64,000 bases of DNA from NCBI RefSeq assembly GCF_006345805.1, contig NC_043000.1, positions 38,378,001 through 38,442,000 on the forward strand. Reading direction: 5' to 3'. The notes beneath the pieces were generated by a model, which did no database searches, was not told where the DNA came from, and worked only from the letters and a program-made list of their open reading frames with translations. Positions within the stretch are counted from its first letter, which is position 1. Each line of letters starts with the position of its first letter. The stretch is from Octopus sinensis (Eukaryota). The translations under genes and the position numbers were made by a program. Positions 53,903 through 64,000 of the stretch are shown here, in pieces.

Positions 53903-54128
53903 TGAAGGCGCATGGCGTCGTAGTTAGATCGTAGGGCGCACAATCATGAGGAAGTGAGTTCAACGTCTGAACTGGGATGTGTGTTGTGTTCTTGAGCAAG
54001 ACACTCTATTCCATGTTGCTCCAGAAATAAGTTGCGACATGTCACTGGTGCCAAGTTGTATATCGGCTTTTGCTTTTCCCTTGGATAACATCGGGGTGAG
54101 GAAGGGAGGCTGGTATGCATGGGCAACT
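53903..54128 (+). mobile_element. SINE family 3
   Basis: gaaggcgcatggc...gtgttgtgttcttgagcaagacact...tatgcatgggc. Confidence 0.8.
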
Positions 54129-54593
54129 ATATATATATATATATATAATATATATATAGCAATTTTGAATTTACTGCCAGGCACACGCCTGGACGATTTG
54201 TATTCCGCCCAGCTGCTACTCGTAATACCTGTCAAATTCAAAATGGCTGAAGATGATTAGCACCACGCTTGAAACTCGGAGTACCTACAAATTTGAACAA
54301 ACTGTTTTGATCCATACATGTAACTCCCAATAAATGTGTTGAGTACCCTACTTTCGTTTGTCCACTCACTCGTATATATATATATATATTATATATATAT
54401 ATATATTATATATATGTATGTGTGTGTGTGTATGTATATATGTATGTATAAACAGACACGCACATGCACATGGATACATTTGTATGTGACTAAGTTTATG
54501 TGATTTTTTGACATTAGTATATGGTATACACACATGCATACACATGTACATACATGCATACATACATACATACATGCATGCATGCATAAATAC

Positions 54594-54668
<75 letters not shown>

Positions 54669-55343
54669 TCATTACATATTTAATATTTAATGCACATTTT
54701 TCAGCTGAATACTATTTTTCGGATTTTCCTTTCTTACCCATCAATCTGAACTTGATAAAATATTTATCATTGCCATATTAATTCATTGGAACCGCTTTTT
54801 AATACGCACCTAATCATCTCTACCAGAAAGAATTGGGAAATATATTCTGTATAGTGCGGTACCTTTTTACAAAACTAGGACATGCTTTTATGTCGATATT
54901 TAGCCAGAAACAGAGCGTAAAATTCTAGTTTCCGTTGACAGTCATGTTGAGGATGTTGTTATTTTAGAATTACTAACGAGATAATTAATTGGAGTATAAT
55001 TTCGTAATCTATTCATTAGTGTTTCCTGATGGCTACTTATTTCGTAAATAGTGGACGGGATATGAATGGAAAATAGAGAGTTAAATGAAGAGAAGAAAAA
55101 CATTAAGTGTTGACAAACAGAACGGCGAGAGAAGGGAAACGGAAGGTGACTAGACGTCAAGAACGAACCACCTCATTGTATCTGAAGAAATATCACAATG
55201 TCAGTTTTAGCTTTATTCTCTTTACCATCGTTCAAATGTCACAGCAAATGTGAAAACTCATTAAGACAGAAAAAGGCTTTTAAAGAAAAGTAACCACACG
55301 TTTGCAGTTTTGATTCCTTCCGACTCTGTCTTTGTTGTGGTTT

Positions 55344-55361
55344 TGTCCACCAGATGGCAGT
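55344..55361 (+). promoter_or_regulatory. Candidate CTCF site
   Basis: tgtCCACCAGATGGCAGt matches the CTCF core consensus; lies in apparently non-repetitive DNA. Confidence 0.45.
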
Positions 55362-57744
55362 TGGGGAGGGAAGGCAGGGTGACATGTCTACTTTCTGCTT
55401 TCCTATCGTCCATCTTAAACATCAGTAGCACTTCGCATGTAATATGACGCTAATTATATCGTCTTCTATTCACTACCGATTTTCTTTAAAACTTAGTCGT
55501 ATATAACAGTCACACAGCTGCCACCTGATTCTAGTAATACAAATAGTGTTCGTCTGTGTGGTTGTGTGTGTGTGTACGCGTACATGTATATATGTATGTA
55601 TGTGTGTGCATATATACATATATAAATATATATTGTATAATTCGTAGTGTGTGTATTTATTGTCCATATAATATATATCTGTATAATATACAGGGTATGT
55701 ATTTACTGCCCATATAATATATGTGTAATATATTAATTTGTAAGAAATAATATTTCTCTGTATAGAAATATATATCAGATTTAAGACTAGCAAGGTCGTC
55801 TGTCTCTTTGCATAAACTTTAAACTTATATCTTTCTTCTGCCATGCCTCTTGTATTAGAGTTCATTCAATAAAGTATCTCTAATAGAATGGATACCATAT
55901 ATTGATAATAAGTATCTCTAAATTCTTAATTTTTTAAAGATATTTTAGAGATTAACTAAGAATTAGAATGAGATAGTATCAAAGAATCGATCATTTTTGC
56001 ACCTCAAGAAATAAGCCGAAACTAAATGTTAAGAAAATATATTAATTGAAACGAATCTATCAAATTAGGCATCAATGTTCAATACGTTTGGATGAGATAT
56101 ATTAACGCATTTATGCATTTCCTATTTCCCAAAGATATTACATTGCAAATGTAAAAGAAAAACTTTAATAGGAATCGAAACCGTATTTTTAACAGAACAA
56201 TCCAGAAATTTTCCTCTCTTCATTTTGTAAGGATATCAAATTCTAACAAATTGAAATTTGGATGTTGAATCTAGTTGATTGGATCAATGCCAGCAATGAA
56301 CTGGTGGTACTTTATTTTATCGATCTCAGAGACTTAAAAAATGTGAAGTCTGCATGGGATGAATTTGATCTCAGAACATTCAGATTTATGCCAGCCAATA
56401 ACATAACGTGTTTGCTTACAACTCTACCGATTCTGCTTAATAATCATGGAAGCTGGTCGTGACAGGATGGGATTTATTTCAAAAGGGGGAAGAGTCGATT
56501 CAGTTATGGAATTGAGATTTGAAATCACAAATATAAAGACTGCCGCCATCCACTTACCTCTTCATTTGAAATGATTTTGAAACTAAAACAAATAAAGTTA
56601 GGAAATTTCTCCGAAAGGAGAAGACAGAAATTGTTAGAAGATATGAACTGACGCCTGTTGAGCCGAGAAACTAAACATTTTTACTTAACAGACCGTAGCT
56701 AATTTGTTCGTCCTTTAAGTTCGAAATCACTTTAGCCTCTTTTGTTGCGGTTGGTTTTGTTTTTTAAGTGTTTGCTTCAGTTAACCGCATTTTCTGCCTT
56801 TATACGACTCACGCATGAAATGAATTTACAGTCTTTGTACAAAAACTGGTTGATTGTGTAAACAGCATTCAAAGCACGTGCGGCCATTGTCAACAAACGA
56901 AATATAAATACGAGAAAATGCATAACTGTAAGAGTTTCGATCAAAAATATGAAATCTGGTTTGATAGAACCTAATGTCCTTTGACTGGTTGAATCTCTGC
57001 ACAAGAAATAGATGTGTAAATGCCGTTTCCATAAAAGAACACAAAGAAAACGGCGAAAAATTTTTACCTTGAGTGTCATAGCTCGAAGCTTCAAACATTG
57101 CTCGGAGCTAACAGAAATGGAAATTCAGCAAAGATATAAATAAAAATATAACAAAATATAAAATGAAACAACACAGCGTGTATAAGATCAATAAAAAATA
57201 ATATCTTCTAGCGATAGATTTATTGTTGTATTATTTATTTCTATCTTTAAATGGTGGACTCTAGTTTAGATTGCTGTAACGTTGTTCCTTTTTCTCGATT
57301 CTTTTCATGAAGTTTAATGTCCCTGACAGCCATCTTTGCAAAGTTGTTGTATTTCTAAAATTTGAATTTATAATAAGATGAAGAAAAATGACATTTGTAT
57401 TTCCTGGTCGACACACATATCGCTACGATATATCCATTATTGATGTGAGACTTACAGAATTACTAAATAACAATTTTGTAATTCATTTTCCCCTCCTTAC
57501 CATTTTTTCCTTTCTACTAAAACAACTAAAAATGATTTCGTGGGTTGAATCGTTTCCGAGACCTTTTGAAATCTCTGTATCTCTAGTTCAAACCTTGGAA
57601 TGATATCTTAATCAACAAGCAATACGGCTCAAATATGTTTTTTTTTTTTTTTTCATCTTATAATTCGATTGACCACAACAGAATAAAAATATAGGCATAA
57701 ATGTTTCGAATTTTGCCGCAAAATTTTAAGGGAGGAGGGAAGTT

Positions 57745-57910
57745 GATTGCACAGATCCCCAATAATTTGCAGGGACTTTATTGTATCGACTCCGAAGGAA
57801 TGAACGGCTAAATTTACCTCGACGAAATTTTAACTGGGAACATAAAGAGCCTGAACAGCTCTGCTAGACAATCTTTCCGTTGCGCTAACAACCCTGCCAG
57901 TTCGTCAAGG
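57745..57910 (-). mobile_element. Diverged SINE family 2
   Basis: tcgactccgaaggaatgaacggc...ccctgccagttcgtc. Confidence 0.6.
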
Positions 57911-59169
57911 AGTAAAACAAAGACCGGTCAGACCTTAATAGATTAAAAATATATTTATTCTGTTCATGTGACGAATTCAGAGATTAAATAAAACAATTCT
58001 GCATTTATTAAAAGAACAATGTTCTGTATTGCTGCATTATAAGAATGTAGACATTTTATATTCTTTATCTGACGAAATACAAATATGAAACGCATAACAT
58101 TTATCAACCCAATGCTGTATCAGTTAATGAACTGTACAAGGGAATGGGCCATCTGATCCAGTTTTGATTCCTAGTCGAAACTTATTGTAATTACGCAGAA
58201 AGATTATTTAGAAACACCACGAAAAATCACGTAAAAATGCCTTATTTTGACTTCCTTTATAAATTTGTCGTTTTGTAGTTAAATAAGAAATCAATTTTAG
58301 ATTAGATATAACAAAAACACAAACGAATGAAAGAATTTAGTAAAGCAGGTTGTACGATAACGGCGATAAAATGAGTTCGATACCACCATCTTAGTTATCC
58401 ATCTGTGAGTCGAACAAAGCAGTTGAAGGCGGAGCCAGCATATATAAAGCTCCTGTATAGAGAAATACACGTGGAATGGGAATAAGATAAGAGTAAATGA
58501 TCAAACTATTGACGATAACATATTTCTAAGCCACTGCTGCAGAGGATTACATATTCTATAGTTTGTCGTCGGCAGCACCAACAATAGGAGAATGTTATCA
58601 GATTGTTTATGGTTGGCTGAGCAGTCGTGCTGTCGCATATAAATTACTTAGTTATTTGAGTTTTTCGTTGAATATGTATAAATATATAGTCGTGATTGTA
58701 GAGCATCTTTTGTCATGATGGTAATATCTGCTTCGTTCCTCCTTAACTGATGAATCAAATGTTTAAAAAGGGTACGCCCTTCTACTTTTTTTGATGAGAG
58801 AAACATTGATATACACTGCGGCTGTCAAAAGCATATGGTGCGGTAAACCAGAGATACAAAATACACGTTTTATGCTTAAAATATGCATATTTCTTTGTTT
58901 ATTTCCAATTTTCAAAGGGAACAAAATATCAGTGGGCCAATCATAAAATAGGGGCTGGTATAAATGTTCCATAATTCGATAAAGTGTTAAAACATTAAAA
59001 TCCGAGAAAGCTAGTTATACATTGACAAAATTCACTTCAAAAAGGTTACATACTAAACAAGGGGGTCCTGAATCGGGGATCGCATTACTAGATTTCCCAT
59101 TAGATAAAGGTTTGTTAAATATGACTAAGATCGTGTTTGAGTTCATTCTTCCTTTGATAAATAAGCCGT

Positions 59170-59326
59170 AGGAGTGGCTGTGTGGTAAGTAGCTTGCTTA
59201 CGAACCACATGGTTCCGGGTTCAGTCCCACTGCGTGGCACCTTGGGAAAGTGTCTTCTGCTATAGCCTCGGGCCGACCAAAGCCTTGTGAGTGGATTTGG
59301 TAGACGGAAACTGAAAGAAGCCCGTC

Positions 59327-59401
<75 letters not shown>

Positions 59402-59628
59402 ATATATATATATGTGTGTATATGTTTGTGTGTCTGTGTTTGTCCCCCAAACATCGCTTGACAACCGATGCTGGTGTGTTTACGTCCCCGTAACTTAGCG
59501 GTTCGGCAAAAGAGACCAATAGACTAAGTACTAAGCTTACAAAGAATAAGTCCTGGGGTTGATTTACACGACTAAAGGCGGTGCCCCATCATGGCCACGG
59601 TCAAATGACTGAAACAAGTAAAAGAGTA
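59170..59628 (+). mobile_element. SINE family 1, full length
   Basis: aggagtggctgtgtggtaag A box, gggttcagtccc B box, internal microsatellite, aaagagta tail. Confidence 0.92.
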
Positions 59629-60115
59629 AGCCTTTCTATTATAGGCACAAGGTCTGAAACCTTTTTGGGAACGGGACGATACTTGACTGGTACTTATTTA
59701 TCGACCCCCAAAAGGATGAAAGGTAAAGTCAACCTCGGACGAAATGCCGTTAAAGGCGGACGAAATACCGCTACCGATTCTGGGTGTTCGCCTCCTTTAA
59801 ATTTGCTAAATAATGATCGAATGTTAGAAAACAGAACTTTCCTAGTTTCTATTGCGCATTCAGGTACGTTATACTGCTGCATACTTAACTCAAACATTGA
59901 CGTATGGAAGGTGAAAAAGCATGATTTAGCGCTTAGGGTATTGCATTCACAATCGCGAAATTGCAATTTCTATTCCCGGACATAGCGGTGAGTTGGGCCC
60001 TTGAACAAAACAATTCACTTTGCACGACTTCAGTAGAACTCAGCTGTGAACGAGGAACCCTGCAACGGTCTGGTGTCCCGTTCAAGGAGAATATTGTGAT
60101 CTCGATCACGTAAAC

Positions 60116-60433
60116 CACTGGTTCCCAAAGTGTGCAGTAGTGCCCCCGCCCTACTGAAGGGGATGGAAAGTTCCAAGGGGGGTTGAAGAAAAGTGGAAGT
60201 GATAACGGGGTAGTGATTTATGTAAAAAGTGGGGCAATAATGGAGTAGCGATTCATGTAAAAACAACAAAATAATGGGTTCGTGAAGTTAAGTCTTATTT
60301 ATGAAATATAGTTCCTTTGGTTTTGCTTCAGAAATAGGTCTATGTTTATGATGGTTAGTTGGGGTGGGGGCGCCACAAATGTGGCCTCGGCGATAGGGGG
60401 CAGCGGCAGCCTGAAAATGGTTGTGAATCACTA
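60116..60433. mobile_element. hAT (Charlie-like) MITE
   Basis: cactggttcccaaa / aaaatggttgtgaatcacta termini; 8-bp TSD acgtaaac vs acgtcatc (6/8 match). Confidence 0.7.
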
Positions 60434-60730
60434 ACGTCATCGAAACCAACCTTAAAAGTCTTGTTATTGATCATACGCTTCATAATTTATACGTGCGTAT
60501 ATTTGATTAAATCGGGTTAGCAATAAACTAAGAAGTACTCAATACTTGTTGGTAGATTGCGTATCTCTTAAATCTTACAAGGTTGACAGTAACTTCAAAG
60601 TTTCGGTAATAAGTAGCGCAGAAAACGTAATTGTTATTTTTAAAGCTTCAAAAAGTGTCTTCCAGCAGAATTAATTGTCCGTAGTATGCGCATGAGTTGG
60701 GTGTGTGTGTGGCTGTATGTATGTGTCGGT

Positions 60731-61117
60731 AGGAGTGGCTGTGTGGTAAGTAGCTTGCTAACCAACCACATGGTTCCGGGTTCAGTCCCACTGCGTGGCA
60801 TCTTCGGCAAGTGTCTTCTGCTATAGCCCCGGGCCGACCAATGCCTTGTGAGTGGATTTGGTAGAATGAAACTGAAAGAAGCCTGTCGTATATATGTATA
60901 TATATATATATCTGTGTGTGTGTGTGTGTGTTTGCCCCCCTAGCATTGCTTGACAACTGATGCTGGTGTGTTTACGTCCCCGTAACTTAGCGGTTCGGCA
61001 AAAGAGACCGATAGAATAAGTACTGGGCTTACAAAGAATAAGTCCCGGGGTCGATTTGCTCGACTAAAGGCGGTGCTCCAGCATGGCCGCAGTCAAATGA
61101 TTGAAACAAGTAAAAGA

Positions 61118-61120
<3 letters not shown>
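60731..61120 (+). mobile_element. SINE family 1, full length
   Basis: As for the 59170 copy. Confidence 0.92.
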
Positions 61121-61152
<32 letters not shown>

Positions 61153-61157
<5 letters not shown>

Positions 61158-61540
61158 AGAGTTTACGAAAAAAAACAAAAGACGAAGACAGGTGGTGTAC
61201 AAAACAAACAGATGTATTAGTATAACGCTCAGGAATAGAAAAAGTATTTTATGCTTCGAGCCTACGCTCTTCTACAGAAAGGGACACAGAAAAACAAGGA
61301 GAGAAACAAGGAGGGAAAAGAAGGAGAGAAAAAAAGGAGTCGCAATGATCGATCGCTAGTCACTATACCTTTTTCTATATTCTCTCCCTGTTTCTTTCTG
61401 CTTTCCTTTCTGTTGAAGAGCGTAGGCTCGAAGCGTAAAAGACTTTCTCACTTCCCGAACGTTAAACTAACACATCTCTTTGTTGTTTACACACCCGTCT
61501 TCGTCTTTTTCTTTTCTTTTTCTTTCTTGTAAATTCTCAA
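61153..61540. mobile_element. Head-to-head pair of family A pLTR-like copies
   Basis: Minus copy (core CTGTAGA, ~61246-61281) and plus copy (cttt CTGTTGA a gag-cgtagg-ctc GAA gCGT A aaag, 61406-61441), joined at gatcgatc. Confidence 0.8.
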
Positions 61541-61654
61541 TAAATATAAGGCGTGTTAAATTCTTTTTAAAGATAGAGAAGAAAAAGTGTTAAAAGATTA
61601 AATTCTTGTTAAATTTTTAACACCTTTTCTTCTCCATCTTTAATTGTTTGTTAA

Positions 61655-61711
<57 letters not shown>

Positions 61712-61727
61712 TTATATATAAATCATG

Positions 61728-61925
61728 CTCCGGTGATTAGACTGCGGCCATGCTGGGGCACTGCCTTGAAGAATTTTAGTCGAACGAATCGGCCCTAGTA
61801 TTTATTTTATTTAAAGCCTCATACTTATTTCATCGGTCCCGTTTAGCCGAAACACTAACGTATGAGGACGTAAACACACCAACACCGGTTGTCAATTGCT
61901 GGTAGGGGACAAACACAGACACAGG
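61728..61925 (-). mobile_element. SINE family 1, 3' half
   Basis: actgcggccatgctggggcactgcc...ccggttgtcaa. Confidence 0.7.
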
Positions 61926-62003
61926 GATACACTTCCACATACATATAGACATGTGTGCGTGTATGTATGTGTGAGTGTGCGTCTATATATATATGTATAT
62001 GTA

Positions 62004-62048
<45 letters not shown>

Positions 62049-62080
62049 TTTATTTAAAAGCAGCAGAAATATAACAAAAG

Positions 62081-62118
62081 CTGTTACTCAGAGTTTCACG
62101 TTCCCGCTCGTCGAACAG
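62081..62118 (-). ncRNA. Variant type I hammerhead, family B
   Basis: ctgt TCGACGA gcg-ggaa-cgt GAA ACTCtGAGT A acag; AATAAA ~25 nt downstream. Confidence 0.55.
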
Positions 62119-62271
62119 TTTTGTTAACAAAACTGCTTTTAAGTAAGGCATATTACTCTACTTCTGGTATTTGAGTACACTTTTCTCCACCTAGTTTCAC
62201 ATTTATGTACTTACTCCAGCATATGTACACACACACACACACACACACAGACACACACACATACACACACC

Positions 62272-62334
<63 letters not shown>

Positions 62335-62335
<1 letters not shown>

Positions 62336-62517
62336 GTGAGAATTTACAAAAAACAAAAGACGAAGACGGGTGTGTAAACAACAAACAGATGTATTAGTTT
62401 AACGCACGGGAAGTGAGAAAGTGTTTTACGTTTCGAGCCTACGCTCTTCAACAGAAAGGAAACAGAAGAAACAGGGAGAGAAAATAGAAAAAGGTATAGT
62501 GGCTGGCGATCTATCAT
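62335..62517 (-). mobile_element. Family A pLTR-like copy with hammerhead at 62424-62457
   Basis: ttt CTGTTGA a gag-cgtagg-ctc GAA ACGT A aaa. Confidence 0.75.
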
Positions 62518-62527
62518 ATATATATAT

Positions 62528-62565
<38 letters not shown>

Positions 62566-62878
62566 TATATATATATATAACAAATTAATAAATAAAACAT
62601 ATGCATATATACAAACATATATGTACGTACCTACATCTACATGTATATATACATGCATATATGGGTACAGGACAAATAACACAAGGAAAAATCCCCACAC
62701 ACGCTGGTGCAAAGGTGGGTTTGCAGTTATGATAAATGTATTATTACCATTAATGACACCAAAAATAACAAAAATGAGGCTGACTAATTTAATGTGCTAA
62801 GGATTTTAATGAATTAAATACTATAACATTGATGTGATACTCACTGTATACCTACTTTTGCACCCGTTTATATATATG

Positions 62879-62933
<55 letters not shown>

Positions 62934-62976
62934 TATATATACATACATACATATATATATATTTATATATATATAT

Positions 62977-63060
<84 letters not shown>

Positions 63061-63083
63061 ATATACAGAGAGAGAAAGAAATG

Positions 63084-63141
<58 letters not shown>

Positions 63142-63376
63142 AGATAGATAGATAGATGGTGGATGGGGGGAGATTTAGCTGGGCTTTCTAACAGTTCGAG
63201 TAATTTCAAAAGCACTCTTTGTATGATGTGGTGAGGTTTGGGAACCTCTATTTTCGCGAATTTTCGCAGATATCCATCAATTCCATTAGTGTATACCTAC
63301 GTGTGTGTGTTCGTGTCCGTGTGTGTGTCCGTGTGTGTGTGTTTCCGTGTGTGCGTTTGTGTGTGTGAGCAGTCGA

Positions 63377-63520
63377 TGACATCGACCTCAAGTATTCGAT
63401 TGGTACTTATTTTATCGAACCCCGAAAGAATGAAATACAAAGGCATGAACGTAAAGAACTGCGAGTAATGCCGTTAAACATTTTCTCCGGCGCGATAGCG
63501 ACTCCGCCAGCTCATCGCCA
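63377..63520 (-). mobile_element. SINE family 2 fragment
   Basis: ggtacttattttatcgaaccccgaaagaatgaaa...ccgccagctcatcgcc. Confidence 0.7.
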
Positions 63521-64000
63521 TTGGTGTGGTGTAATATAAAAGGGGGTGGGGTGTCGATATAGTTTGTGGTTAAGAAACAAAGTATTTACTAATAACAAAC
63601 ATATCGTTAAGAAGAGATAGAAAGAGAGGGCGGGAGAGAGAGGGGGAGAGAGAGAAAGAGAGATTAAGAGAAGATGAGAAAGCCAAAGAAAGAGAGAGAA
63701 GCGAAGGGAGTGCAAGGAATAGATAATCAGAGTGAGAGGGGGGAAGGGACAGAGAAAAAAGAGAAATGGCGGTTGGTGCTCTTTGATGCTCTTTGCAAGG
63801 TTTATTGTCTCCAAAACGATATAATTTCGCTGTCTTTTTGCCTCCTCACGGAACCAACCATCAACGTCTTATTGACACGATGAAGTCACTCAGAAAAATA
63901 TAAAAAGAAAGACTCAGTGTGTGTGTGTGTATGTGTTTCTGTTTGTATCTGTGTGTGTGTGTCCGTGCGTTTGTGTGTGTGTTCGTGTGTTTGTGTGTGT

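Overview
AT-rich, repeat-saturated eukaryotic DNA. The SINE families and microsatellite load suggest an octopus/coleoid cephalopod (inference from recalled repeat consensus). No host protein-coding gene can be supported; nearly all tracked ORFs are microsatellite artefacts. Recognisable coding remnants are all transposon-derived: a 5'-truncated Penelope-like element (PLE) with RT and C-terminal GIY-YIG (25.1-28.2 kb), two full-span D34D mariners (20.9-22.4 and 32.4-33.7 kb) plus a third fragment, a Helitron helicase 3' end (15.0-15.8 kb) and RTE-like LINE scraps. There are also many tRNA-derived SINEs, MITEs and long foldbacks. The most striking signal is at least four unrelated short repeat families, each folding into a minimal type I hammerhead ribozyme with a (near-)palindromic stem III and a different non-canonical core: C4 in two families, G3-C8 plus an extra nucleotide, and U6/C6 plus an extra nucleotide. 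They often sit as head-to-head inverted pairs inside (TA)n, and one family is directly upstream of a PLE ORF N-terminus. All alignments and folds were done by eye.
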